A stretch of 64,000 bases of DNA from Lytechinus pictus (Eukaryota), in assembly GCF_037042905.1 (NCBI RefSeq), contig NC_087251.1, positions 39,742,001 to 39,806,000 of the forward strand, written 5' to 3'. The notes beneath the pieces were generated by a model. The model was not told the DNA's origin, did not search any database, and worked only from the letters and a program-made list of their open reading frames with translations. Shown here in pieces: positions 1-13,471 of the stretch. Position 1 is the stretch's first letter; the number at the start of each line of letters is the position of its first letter. The translations under genes were made by a program, and so were the position numbers.

Positions 1-2873
1 CGAAAAAGGTCTCTTTCATTAAATTACAGGAAAGTCGGAGGTCGAAAATATGCGGAAACAATGCAAGCCCCAACAAGTACAACTGCTTCTCTGACAAGAG
101 CCATGAGAGCAGCGAAACCACAAAATATTCCTTGCTAGTATTATTTTTTGTAAAACCCTTTAACTAAAATTAGAATGGTCACATTTTTACAAGGATGATG
201 GAACCATTTATGTTATATATATATATATATATTGTTAGTTAGTATATCTTGCAATGTGAGATTGTTAAAAAATGCCAGGCGTCTTGGACAAATTTTAACT
301 CGTGAACAAACATGACAAAGTCAAAGTTCAAAGCGTGATTTATTATAGAACAAAAGCTTTTCTTCGTTTGTCTTTATTTTTTCTTTTCTTTATCCTCTTC
401 TTTTGTCTTTTGTTTTCTTTGTTTCTTCTTTGTTGTCTTTTTTTTCAAATTATGCACATGGTGTTGTACAAGTTTTTTTTTATATATTGAAAACTGTATA
501 GATAAAAATAGGTAAATAAACAAATTAATAAATGAATGAATACTCGATCGTGCATAAAATGAATATATTAGTTGATCAAAATTATTGAGCGATCAGCATG
601 TCATCTCTTAAATGTTATGAAAATACCATATTGACGCCCATGATCTGGAAATATATGATGAAGAAATTACCTATCATCCACAGTACCCTCTCTCTCTCTT
701 CTATAAGTTATGGTTTCGGGAACTCAACCTTGGAAAGACATTTGGCCTATGCTAGCTCCCCATATTCTCTCCCCCCCCCTTGTTATGTATTATTTCCTTT
801 TTGTATACTGTGCATGTACTCTTATTTCAATTTGAATAGTATGTTGTATGTTTTTAATGAGATATAATAATAAAAAAATGAAATGAAAATTAAATGTAAA
901 TTTCTGATCAATTATTTACAATACTTAATCCACTCATATCATCCAACGACCAGTTTTGCCAAAATAATACCATTTTAATTTCCATTTCCGCATGCTCTAA
1001 TTTATACTGCTGTTTCTATTTGGAATATTTTTCCTTAATTCTTGCAATCACTGATTTATCACTAATAATGATATTTATATTAATATGTATTATGTTTGAA
1101 CGGAAATAAAATAAAGGATTGGATCATGAAATACAATTATAATATTAAATAAATAAATTTTGCCATACATTATATCCCAATAAAAGTTATCATAGGCCTT
1201 TATCACACCTTCCCTTTTTTTATAAGTGCGTAACCAGGTGGGGTGGTCTCCCCCACCCAAACGTCCCCCCAAAAGGAGGGGAAAAAGGTAGCTTTGTGAG
1301 ATTTTTATCGCATTAAAAGAAAAAAAAAATTCTCAAAAGAATGACAACCTAAATGGAACAGTTTTTTCTCTCTCTAAATTTATAATCATATACTAATACA
1401 TTATTGTTTTTCTGAATTTTCTCCTTTGTTTCCCTTATCCTTTCTATACTACCCCATTTTCCCCACCTCAGCTATGTGTTTTGAGGCATCAAGTAAAAAA
1501 AAATACATATTCGGGAATGGAATTAGTAAAAAAAGATTAGGCAAAAGTTAATGAAGTCATGTTTTTTTCAAATGGATCACACAACATTCCCAATCCTTAT
1601 TCAGGGCGGGTAAACTACACTGTCACTCCCCTCATATAGGCTACTTATTCCGCTTCTCACCTGGTCAATCATTTATTTAGGGGCCGTGGACGGCCGGTTC
1701 CTCATTTAAAAAGAGGTAGTCATAAAATTTGTGCTGTACTGTACAAAAAAAGAAGTACAATATCTTTATAACATTAGATGAAACTTCAAAATTTCAGTTA
1801 TGCGGAATATGGCTAAATTGTTTAAAATCAAATTTGATCTTACCAAGGGAGGCATTTAATTATGACTCAAAGAATGCCCTTTTCTTTCCAGAATGATAAA
1901 ACCGTTCAGCTTCCATGCTTCACGCAGATCACTTTTACCGTTCAAAATTAGGCTTACTTTCGAAAACTAATAATAAAGTTTATTGTATTGAGAACCTTGA
2001 CTTGCCTGCACACATCCTAAATGATTTTACCCTACTGGAAATGACCCCCTCATCCTTGCATCCTCCATCCTCTTTCCCTCACACTCCCTGCCCTCCTCCT
2101 CTGCTTCCTCTCTGACATGTCACTGCCTAAGATACATCTTAAAAATCCACCTATGTCGACAGCACCATCAAGAAAGGACCTGAACTCTGCAATTGCCGCC
2201 AATCTCCGAAGACCGGAGGAAGGAAATATACAAGTACATGTACAAGTACAAGATAAAATTACTGGAGACGATAGAGGAATCTTTTCATTTTAATTTCTCC
2301 ACATGCGCTAGTACACTTTGCGTGCACTTACTAATATGATGAATATCCCTCAAATAGCGTCATTTAAGCGTTGATTTATTTTTCTCCTCGTTAACAAAAT
2401 ACAGAGCTTGCTTCTATTTCCAATTTTTTTTGTCTAATTAGCCAAAGAGGGCGCGTGATTTATCTTCATATCAAAGACACTACAGTACAAGGGAAAGACT
2501 AGGCACAAAAACTATTTTACACGTAAATCGATGCAAAGCGTTACGCGAAGTCGGCAGTGTCCAATCTTTTTACTGTTAAGACTTTGGTGGAACGTTTGAC
2601 AAACGAACGGTAGCACTTGCGAGCTTCGTTCAAGGTGTGTAGAATTTTCTATATTTTTTGTTTGATTTGTCATCGCTTTGAATATTTTCCAAAAAGTATT
2701 ATCGTCAGCAAAAATAATATAAAAGTACATTTAATAAGTTATTGCATTTATTGGTGTTTCTATTTTATCAAACAATCATGAGAATTGTGGATACAATGAA
2801 TCAAGAATCGAGTTAAATAAATACTGACAAGCTGAATTAAGGTTGTGAATTGTATTAGCACAACCAATGATCC

Positions 2874-3282
2874 ACCCAAGGGTTCATTACATGCCACCGT
2901 GGGCCGCGCAGAAAAATAAAGCCATAGAAGTCATGTGTTGTGGACACCAGAAGTGGGATCGCAGCACGCGCGATCCACTAGTTAGAAATCCACTGCCAAA
3001 CGCGGTTCATGGTGCGAGGTTAGTATACTAATAGTAATACTAACCTCGCAATACGTGTGATCGTGAGTGCCAACAACCTTCCTTCTATTTCCGTCGCACC
3101 CAAGGGTTCATTACATGCCGCCACGCACAAAAAAATCAAGCCATAGAAGTCGTGTGTTGCATGTTGTGGACCCAAGAAGTGAGATCCCAGCACCCGCGAC
3201 CCACTAGTTAGAAATCCACTGCCAAACGCGGTTCGTGGTGCGAGGTTAGTATACTAATACTAACCTCGCAATACGTGTGAGT
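2874..3282. repeat. ~220-bp tandem duplication containing a palindrome (MED29 intron 1)
   Basis: cacccaagggttcattacatgcc...cgcaatacgtgtga occurs at ~2874-3060 and ~3097-3280; each copy holds tgcgaggttagtat...atactaacctcgca. Confidence 0.9.
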
Positions 3283-3424
3283 GTTTCCGTCGAAGAGACA
3301 TGCGAAGAGACAGTCTCCCAAATTGGCCGTGCGCCTCTTAATTATTCTTAAAATACATGTAGCAAATGATTTTTGCTCTCCAAACACCTCCTGACTAACT
3401 TCACAACTGTGCACTGGTTCTTAC

Positions 3425-3649
3425 CCGTAATGCCTCTTTTAATAAAAGCGCGGTCATCCTCACTTTGGCGATAGTATCATGATCTTGATGCTGTTGATGG
3501 TGATGTGATGCTGCTGTTGCCTGCTGCTGCTGCTGCTGCCCCTGTGGTAGGATCTGTGCCGGCGGGGTCGGCTGGCCTGGCATCGTCTGAGGATGCGGTG
3601 GTGGTACGCCTCCCATTTGAGCGGCATTTGGGGGTTGCATGCCTGCCAT
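3425..3649 (-). CDS. MED29: Mediator subunit 29 (intersex), first coding exon; remaining exons not found in window
   Basis: Pro/Gln-rich N-terminus then QDHDTIAKVRMTALLLKEALR, resembling human MED29 QDFDPVQRYKMLIPQLKESLQ; phase-0 donor CGG|GTAAGA at 3424. Confidence 0.75.
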
Positions 3650-4040
3650 ACCTTTATTTAACGGTCTTGTTCGGTTCTTATAAATTACAGCTTTGAGCTA
3701 ACACTGTAGTTAAAGCAATTACAAAATGAACGACGATGATTTCACGAATATTCGAACCATTCTTTCTAGTGCTGACAGACTTCAAATTACTATCAGTAAC
3801 TAAATTGCAGATGAGCGTTGAGGGCGCTACACCACAAATTTTAGTTACTGGATTATTACTAATTTCTCTATAATATGAGTTGACAGCCAACTGAAATTCT
3901 GTCAGAAAATTTCAAATTGTACTTTTTATATTTTTTGGCTTTAGAGGGAAGGGCTTAGACGAGGAATTAAGTACCATGTACATTATTTTGCAAAATTTTG
4001 TAGATGATCGAGCGAAGCGAACAAAAAAGAAACAGTTAGG

Positions 4041-4201
4041 GCAGTGGCGTACCTAGGATTTTCCAGGATTTTCGTCAGGGGGGCAAAAAGGTCTTTCAAG
4101 CTCGTCAGGGGGGGCAGGGATACATGCATGGGTGGTGGCTCGTCAGGGGGGGGGGGCAGACTGCCCCTCTGCCCCCCCCCCCCCCCGTAGGTACGCTAGT
4201 G
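4041..4201. mobile_element. short hAT-like non-autonomous element
   Basis: TIR cagtggcgtaccta / taggtacgctagtg, flanked by imperfect 8-bp duplication agttaggg/agttaagg. Confidence 0.55.
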
Positions 4202-6576
4202 AGTTAAGGGCATGATGGGGGGTGGGGTAACGTCGATCTCCCAAAATAGATGTAGCGGTCACTTTATAGGCTTGTAAAGGAGCACATTTGCCGCGGAGGG
4301 GACCCCATTTCTGTTCCAAAGCATAGCAATTTTTATCTCATTGAGAAAAAAGAACAAAGATCGAGATCCGTTCCAATTAAAGCATAGCATTTTCTTCTTA
4401 TCGAGAAAAAAAAAGAAAGAAATCCGCTCCAAAGTTCGCATATTTTTCTTTACGCCAATCTGGCCGCATTGATCCGCTACGATGAGCTGCATTTTTGGTG
4501 AAAAGCGGCCCGGCGCAGAGCGCTGGATGACCATCTGTAGTTCTGAAGCCTGTTCCGAGGACCCTCCTTTAAGCCCGCTCCAATAAAAGCCCCCATTTTT
4601 TTGTATCGCCCGCGGCACATACCTAGCTACCACTTTTGTGGTAGAGTGCCCCGGGAGTGCCCCCCATGGGTGTTCCCCAAAACTCAAAAGCGAGAGAGCA
4701 AAGCGAAGGAACTTGTCATGGGGGCAATTTTGCATTTTCTAAAGTGAATTGGCCTTATCGTGATATTAAGTCACACACACTTTTGGTGAATTTGGTGATA
4801 AAAACTTAGTCAACATTGCATGTAGGCCCTCATTTTTCAAAATTTTAGGGGGCAACTGCGCCACTCGCCCACCCCTCCACCCCGCATACGGCTTATGATT
4901 TAAGTAACTTATGATTGAACATTGACTGACTTAAATGCTAATTGACTGAGTTCACTCAAGCCATTACTATAGGCTCTTCGGGAAGTGTTTTTCCGACAAT
5001 GCTATGCCAGTGTATGAATTATCTTTTGTTAGGCATACTTAAAGCCCCCAGTACGAAATCACCATGCAAACAGTACAGCAAATTCTCAATTGGTCTTCAG
5101 GACGTACTAGTCGGCGTACAAGTACTATGCCTTAGTTTCTTTGGTTCAGTGAAATTTGATTTGGAGGGAAAAGGCAGGAGCTTGCAGTCGCGTGTAGTTC
5201 TGATGTCGGTCTGGGTCTCCTCAGCTGTTGGCACAACTAGGCTGTGTACATATATGTAAGCCAATAATATTCCTAAAACGTTTTTGGTACTTGTCAAACC
5301 TCTATTATTATGAAGCAAAACGGGCCCGTAATCTGAAAATTTGTCATAACAATAACGCAGTTCTTGCATAGAGCATTTCACATTATGATATAAACGTCCC
5401 TATATGCGCCCGGTTGGTTGGTGTTGGAGTTAGGTTGGCGCTCTTCAATCTAGTACATTATCTGCGCCTTAATTGGATTCAGGACTTGGATATTTGTAAT
5501 ATCTACTAAAAAATGTTTTGTTTTTTTCATGGTAGAGAGTTGACATGATATACGTACAATCAGGAAAAGTTTGTTTCATGTGAACTCAGTAGCGTCCCTG
5601 GTAATTGTTTTTATCTATTCATTTCTTTTTTACAAGCAATAGGGCCTACAGAGAGTTCAACACCATTCTACTCATGGATGAACAGGCTGCATGGTCAAGT
5701 AATAATAACAGGCTGGTGTCTCTGTCATTTCCATCATTAAGAATAAATTATTCTCGACCTCGTCCAAAATTACGGGGAGAGGATCAGTCCCCCTGATTCA
5801 AGTTTTCTTTAGGCCGGGGCTACCTGCCAACCTGCTCCTCCACAGTAAAACACTTTGAATTTTTATGCACGTTAATTGTTTAAACCCGTCGTTCTGACAG
5901 CTATTGTTGAAACTTTTAAAAGTTATTATTGTAGACAACTTGTTAAAAATTCTAATTAGTTTTAAACTTTTAAACAATCGTTTAAAATGTTTAAAAGAAC
6001 TTGTTTAAAAGTTTAAACAATAGTTTTGAATAATGGGCTAAAACGTGCGTAAAAGTTTAAACAGTGTTTTTGCAGTGATTTCTTTTGCGATCAATGACAT
6101 CAACCGAAAGGAACCCAACTGGAATTTAGTCTTCTATGCTTTTCACACTGCATATATTTTCCTTAACCCCGGCAAATTGGTGGGGCTAAGGGGGTCTTAG
6201 CCCCACCAATTTCCCGGGGTTAAGCTAAATTAGCTCACTTCGGTTTCACACTACGTTTTAGAAAAGTGAGCTAGCACGGTAAATAGTACGGTACCATCTG
6301 GCCCTGCAAAAAGCAGCGTTAGCAGGCTTATATGCTTTTCACACTGCATTTCCTAAACCCAATACTATTTGCTTAGCTGGGGTCACGCCTTAACCCCCGC
6401 GCTCGCATCATTTGGTTAGTGAAATACGTATGGTCTTAGTGAATTCCTAAAAACAAGCCTTAAGAATGCCCCTCTTCAGGTATGAATTTCCTAAATTTTC
6501 AGCTCGCGCTTCGCGCTCGCAATATTTGATTAGTGAGATGCGTATGTTAATCATGATAACAATGACTACAAGTGCT

Positions 6577-9241
6577 ATTTGGTCTGCTGAAATTATCGAG
6601 GGTAATACTTTTTTTAGTTTGCTATTATTTTTGCTAAAAAGTTTGTAGTCAGTATTTAAAAGAGAAAGGGGTCGCAATTGTTTTAGTTGTGTTGTGACCT
6701 TCCGAGACTTAGGGATCAAAGTTATAATGCCTCGTCTCATAGAAGAGCAAAGTTCAACATCACTATAGCATTTGTTAAACAGTTTACATAAAATATCCTT
6801 ATGCTCATTCCAATAGCATTTGTAAAAGTTGGCAGTAAGTCCATCTGACCCAGGGGTCTTATCGTTTGGCGTTGACACCAGCGCTTCAAAACATTCAATT
6901 TCTGTAATAGCGCATACAAACCATAGCTAAGTCTTCTTCAAAAATAGATAAGTTCAGTTCTTTGTCCCAAAATTCATTGTTGCTTAAAGCAGTGTCGTTT
7001 GACTTGTATAATCTTTCATATAATTTTTTTTGAAAAGGGAGATATATAGGAGAAAATGTTCGTTTATTATTATAGATATGTTGGAATATTGTAAGGAAAA
7101 TAAACGACCTGGATTAGCTTTTTCAATTTATTTTGAAAAAGCCTTTGACTCCATCGAATGGAATTTTTTATTTAAATGCCTCGAAAAATTTGGGTTTAAA
7201 CAAGCCTGAGTTAGATGGATTCGAACTTAATATAATAAAATTAAAAGCTGTGTTCTAAATAATTGATATTCTCCCCCGGTTTTTTATATTGAGAGAGGGG
7301 TAAGGCAGGGGTGCCAACTCTCCCCATATCTTTTTCTAATAGGGGCCGAAATTTTAGGGACATTGATAAGACAATCTACAGAGATACAAGGGATTCAGGT
7401 TGGAAAAAAAGAAATACGATTAAGCCAATACGAAGATGATACAATCATATACTTATCAACTACGGAGAAATATCTTGAAAATTGTTGTTCCATCCTAACT
7501 TATTTTGGAAATATATCAGGTTTAAACATAAACATTGAGAAGAGTAACGTAATACGGCTAGATGGTGTTAAAATAATAATTTCAAAGAAAGTAAAGTTAA
7601 ATGGGTAAAAGACGCATTCTCTTATCTAGGAATGAAGATACCTGTTTCTGATGAATTGGACATATATCATTTCAATTTCGATGATGAAATACAACAGGCT
7701 GACAATCTACTGAAAGTATGGAACATGAGAACGTTATCATTAGCTGGGAAGATAACTGTCATCAAATCTCTAATAATTCCAAAATTTGTGTATTTATTTA
7801 GTATTATTCCAAATCCACCAAAATAGTTTTTTATTCTCTCCAAAGTAAACTTTTTCGATTTATTTGGAGTAATAAGAAAGATCGTATAAAAAGAAAAATA
7901 TTGTATAACGATATATGTGATGGTGGTTTGAAAATGATTCATACAGAAACTTTTTGTCAGGCACTGAAAATAGCTTGGGTCAAAAGAATTTTAGACAAAG
8001 AAAACGAAGGTAACTGGAAGACTTTGTTTTATATACATATGAATAAGATAGGTGGTCATTATATTTAACAATGTAACTTTACAGGTAAAGACTTGGATAA
8101 ACGCATGAATAATTTCTGGAAAGATGTTTTAACTTCATGGTCTCATTACAGATACTTCAACCCAGTTAAATATAAAGATATCTTAAATCAATCATTGTGG
8201 AATAACTCTTATATTAAAATAGACGGTAAAACGATATTTATAGAACAATGGTTTGAAGCAGGTATTTTATATGTAAAAGATATTATAAAGAATAATGGAC
8301 TATTTAAAACTTTTCATGAACTTCAAGACGACTTTAATCTACCTAAAAAGTGTTATTTATAATTTTTTTAATTGATTTCTTGTTTGAAAAAAGAATGGAA
8401 AAATACTTTAAGATCAAGTGTTACAAATGATGAATCTGACGATGTAAATAGTTTAAAGAGATTTATAAGTTATAAGAAGGTGACGAAATCCTGCTATTTA
8501 AAACTTAAATAAAACCATTGTTTAAATATATCAGAAACCAAGCAGTGTGAAAAATGGTCTGATGATCTAAATGTAGGTCTATAAGTCTTTTGATCCAGTG
8601 GCAAAATAGATTTTTGACTATTTATTGGGTTACCTTGGATTCAAAATCAGAATGTTCCAATATAAGTTTATTCACCGTCGTATATCAACTAATGAGTACT
8701 TATTTAAGATAGGTGTGAAGAATTCACCATTGTGTATTTTTTGGAAAACTGAACTACAAACTTTGATACACTTATTCTGTTTATGCCCTATTGTTTCTAA
8801 ATTTTGGACGGATGTAAATATTTGGTTGAATTTCCACAATATAAGTTGTCACAAATTTTCAAATATTGATATATGTTTTGGTGTTCCAAGTGAGTTTCAA
8901 CATCTCTCAAACACAATAATTTTATTTGCAAAATACTTCATTTTCAGAACAAAATGTCAAGAAGGACAACTTTCGTTATCTTTATTCATGAATGAGTTGA
9001 AATTTGTTGAAAATGTTGAAAAGTTTATTGCTTTTAAAAAGGGCAAGGAGGTGCTACATTATAAAAAAATTGAGACCTTTTACTAATTTTGAACTAAGGT
9101 GAGACTTGCTTTTACTTGTTATGTATTTAATGATGTACTTTATCTTCATTACGTTGAATATTGATGTATCTTGTTGTACACGATGAATATTCTACATATA
9201 TTTTGTTTATTGAAGCAATAAGGATTCAAAAAAGAAAAAAA
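6577..9241 (+). mobile_element. L1/Tx1-clade LINE, 5'-truncated, with inverted 5' segment; degenerate ORF2
   Basis: Minus strand 6577-~7031 encodes TPGSDGL..RGIITLIPK..RPLSLLNTDYK..IISADQ; plus strand from ~7034 continues KGRYIGENVR..FEKAFDSIEW..GVRQG..LSQYEDD..CIF..HLFCLC; poly(A) at ~9228-9243; TSD aatgactacaagtgct at 6561-6576 and 9242-9257; many stops and frameshifts. Confidence 0.92.
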
Positions 9242-10234
9242 AATGACTACAAGTGCTTCACGTGTTTAGATGTAATTGTAACAAAATCAGCAAGTGCTTG
9301 GCACTAGCATTAGATGAATATGATGAAATATGTATACTCTTAATGGATTCCTAAAATGGATCAATATTATACAAAAAGTCCAGCTCGCGCTTCGCGCTCG
9401 CATTGTTTGTTTAGCGAGACAGGTACGTATCCTGAATACAAAAATTTGCTTATAATGTCCTTCTTTAGGTCTGAATATAAAAAAATTTCAGCTCGCGCTT
9501 CGCGCTCGCATTATTTCATCAGTGAGATACATATCCGTGTCCGTGTAATGGCACTGTCCTTAAAAATGTCTCTATTAGGTCAGTATACCTGCAACGAAGT
9601 GACACAAGTTTTTGCTGGTGCCCCCCCCCCCCCATGCCGTGATCCACGGTACAACACTGAAAAGACAATTTTCTTGAAAGACCGCTGAAAGACTCTTTTG
9701 AACCGTTTCAAAAAGTTTTGGGACTCACGAGGACCATAAGACCATTGAAAGAGCCATCAGGAATCGTGAAAGAACTCGAAGATCTTTGAAAGTTACAGCA
9801 GTCTTTCAGAGGTATTGCTCTCTGTGGAATGGGGGTTTCACAGACACGCACAAGGTCAATACACATACAGCGGTCACTGACAGACGGCGAAACACATCGG
9901 ATGCTAACAAAGTGTACCACGTGATCTGGATGCATTCCTTATTTGTAGATGCTCGTCTCTCGCACGCTCCCACTGATAACAACACGCCGCACCTATAAAC
10001 GCTTCAAATCCCGCGATTGGTATTCCAGTTATAAGCATGTTCAAATGCTATATCAGTCTGAAGTAAACAAATTTATTTTGGGTGGGATTTAGATTATCGT
10101 GATCAATGTTTGTTATGAAACAGCAATGAACTTTTGAGTTATGTTGCGCCCTCGCAACTCATCTGTTATAAGGCAAAACAAGATATTCCATTCTATATAA
10201 CACCGCAATTGAAATAGCGTGGGCTTGCACATCT

Positions 10235-10510
10235 GGGCACCGTCTTACAAAGAGTTGCGGTTGATCCAATCAATTGCAAAACTATGGAAAGCCAGCAAAG
10301 TCAACATTTAAAATGCATGCTTATTTAATTTTTTTTCTAGATATGAATGCATATCCGTATAAATTCATTGATTTCTTGACAATTTGGTGTGTTCTCCTTT
10401 GTTAACAAAGCACATTTTTCAAATTTCCTGAAGAAAAATTATGACACTGATTGATTTCCATAGAACTACGATGGATTGGATCAATCGTAATTCTCTGTAA
10501 GACGGGGCCC
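10235..10510. mobile_element. MITE, GGGCCC-terminus family (second copy at 13472-13780)
   Basis: TIR gggcaccgtcttacaaaagagttgcggttgatccaatc / gattggatcaatcgtaattctctgtaagacggggccc; internal sequence shared with 13472-13780. Confidence 0.85.
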
Positions 10511-10942
10511 TGCACTACAGAATGGCATATAGCATTTCAATCTGGTCTTGCTCAGATGATTGCAGAGTTTAAAAGTGCATGCATCCAAGTTGCTTACTGA
10601 ACATGCTGAATAAATAATGATTGGATTCCCATATTTTTAACATGACAGGGTTATGCCCGTCACAAATCAAGCCCCCAATCTAATTTCTGGAATGAAAGCA
10701 AAGGTCTATGGTTATTTTTATGATTGGGTGGCGGCGAGCCAGGACCGAGGGACGTGACCAAATTGCATTTCCAAAGATAATTCCTTCTCATTCCCCCATG
10801 CTAGGGGCCTGTGATTATTTATGAGCAGAAATAAACCTTCACGATGACAGATTGAAACTTTGGCGGCAAAAGCATGGTCGTATTATAGGGAGTCCCTGGG
10901 TCATTATCGTCTGCTCACGATGCTGAATGCCAGAGGGTCTGG

Positions 10943-10949
10943 TATAAAA
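10943..10949 (+). promoter_or_regulatory. candidate TATA box for the 11323-20523 gene
   Basis: ggTATAAAAg in a locally GC-richer stretch ~380 bp before the ATG; CCAAT/ATTGG motifs at ~10675 and ~10723. Confidence 0.45.
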
Positions 10950-11322
10950 GCACCTCCACGTCTTCCCCCGATAGCAAAGCGATTCCACTCGGGCTGTACA
11001 ACACATGACTGGGGTATATAAGATATTATAACTCCCCTGGTGTACTATCTACCCAACTATCGCCCTCCGACACGGATGGTCTCTTAAAACATACATGGTC
11101 CCCGATACAGTTAGCCCTCCGGGATATAACTCCGATGTTGCAATATACCAAGTCTACATCTAACCCACAGTCTCCCATACACACATTCATCATGTATTCG
11201 TCACCGCTTCAAGAATTCACATACAAATCCACGGACACACACTGCCATCATCCCATCAACGCCACAGCTATCCACAGAAGTAGTGGAAGAAACTTTTCAG
11301 GACAAATTCTCTCGAAGTTGAC

Positions 11323-11543
11323 ATGAAAATGCCGGAACAGGAACAGCAAGAGGAACAACCAGAAATGGAGGCTTGCATGAGCTACCTGGCGCGGCGCAAG
11401 CCGCGGAAATTTTTGATGGATTTTAGTTATTTGGACATGATTTGGTCTGAGGACACAAAGCTAATTATACGAGCCGGTGATTATCCACCAGTTGTAATAG
11501 ACTCTCCAAGTCGCCTGGTATCGATGGGCCAATTCGAAAAAGG
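11323..11543 (+). CDS. uncharacterised protein with meteorin-like CUB-type domain, exon 1 of 3
   Basis: MKMPEQEQQEEQ...SMGQFEK-GG|GTAAAT phase-2 donor; in-frame TAG upstream at 11281. Confidence 0.7.
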
Positions 11544-13311
11544 GTAAATACACAATTTCTGATCTATTTTATAATATTTGTTTTATATAAAGATGTGATC
11601 ATTGTGTCTGCAAAAAGTTATGTTGTAAAGTTATTTCTTGTTAAGTATTAAAGAATTGAGAACAGCATCGAATTAAATTAATGTTTGGCAGCCATGCCTG
11701 CTCTATTCTACTGACAGCGTCTGGTTGCTTCAATGCATAGACCTAATTAATATGACATTGGCTAAGTTCAAACGGTCTTGGCGTATGAAGTCATGAACTT
11801 AAGTGAACTATTTTAAGTTTAATGACAAGGACTGGAAAACATACCACTCACTATTGCGCCAGTACATTTCCTTTGGATGCCACATACATTGAACAATATT
11901 TTCCCATAATTATGATTATGAAATATCATGAAGAAACCATGTGAAATTATGAATATGCCTCAATTTGTTGTAAATAACATTGATATTTACAAAATGTCAT
12001 GTTCTTGTAATAACAACTGAATCAGATATACAAAGTGAAGGAGTCCTAAAATTTTAGTGGTATTTTCTTTTGTAATTCATACGACTTCTGAAAAAACAAT
12101 ATGTTGCTATTCATCAATAATGATTTGGGGAAATTTACTTTAAGCATTAAAACGATTGTGTGTGTGTGTGTGTTTGTATACCCTTCATTTTCACAATAAT
12201 CTGTTACAAGTTGTATGAAACATAATTATTGTCATTATAGTTTACGCATTTTTTTCGTGGATTTTAAGGATGAAATCAAATCTGAGCAATATTGCCACTA
12301 AAATGAATATTAAGAAAGTGTGTAAGGGACTGATGCGACATATTTGTGTTTTTATGTTGTACCATGAAATGTAATACTATTGTTTGCTTTTGTTTATTTG
12401 ACGTTTAAGTCTCATTAATTTGTATGTTCATCGTTAGCAAAAATCACAAAATCAAAACCGAGTTGCGATGCCAATTGTTGAATGCATGGTTCGACCTGCA
12501 GTTTTATGAAAAACATAAACAATCATAAATTCAATGTCATGAAAACTTGTACAATTGTCGAATGTAGCGTTAATAATCCAATACCTAAATACATTCACAA
12601 AGCCTTTAATTGTCATGAATTGTCTCAGACATCAACTGACCAAAAAATCTAACAACTGCCTTTATTGTACTTCTTATGTTATCATAAAAGCTTTCAATAA
12701 AATTATTCATCATTAGGCTGCATGCATCCAATTGAAATAACTACAATAACAAACCATTTTGTAACTATAACCTCAACTGAAACATCAAAGTATAATTAAA
12801 TTCTCACATTTGTTTCTCATATTCGAATTCTATATTGAAAAAACATTCAGCCATGCCCAAGGCTATATAATTTTTTGGTTGCATTTGACTAGAATACAGT
12901 CTTTTATGACGAGAATATAGTAAGATCGTGACTAGACAGAACGTTGATAATATATATTATATCAGTATACAGCACCCAACTGGTTCGTAATCTAGTCATT
13001 TAGTTTGCTCTTAGAGTGTATAACGCGATGTGAACAGATGATAAAATGCATAATTTCAATTGTTTTAGATATATATTGCATACTTCGACACGTTGACCTC
13101 TATATCATGTATTATCATCTCCCCGTTGGTCACGCCGGTGATGCATGACAGATTGAGATCATGTGATTTGATAGCTGTCCCGTCTAGTAAAACAAATACA
13201 AAACACGTACTTTTGATTATTTTAGACTTTTGTTGCATCTGTCGACGAATCACTATTGCATCACCGAGTATAATACCCTCTTTCTATCTCCCTTTTGGTC
13301 ACGTGATGCAG

Positions 13312-13431
13312 TGGATTTAGATCATGTGATACATGTGAATTGAAGGCTGACCGAGGCTACCTACTATGGACCAATCCAAGGGGATCGATCGAAGTCAGGT
13401 TTAAATATGGAACACAAGGAGATGACTTCAG
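13312..13431 (+). CDS. uncharacterised meteorin-like protein, exon 2 of 3 (absent from ORF track)
   Basis: Pyrimidine tract + CAG acceptor at 13311, 120 nt open (GFRSCDTCELKADRGYLLWTNPRGSIEVRFKYGTQGDDF), strong donor AG|GTGAGT; phase 2-2 matches both neighbours. Confidence 0.75.
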
Positions 13432-13471
13432 GTGAGTAAGAGAGAGAGAGAGAGAGAGAGTTCAAATATCA

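Noticed and set aside
1-3424. Downstream MED29 exons
   Set aside because: No segment resembling the conserved RFDKxLEEFYxxCDQ region was seen; presumably outside the window
4259-4735. 158-aa minus-strand ORF
   Set aside because: Lies in repeat-like sequence resembling the CCCGGG-type elements, with homopolymer runs and no recognisable domain
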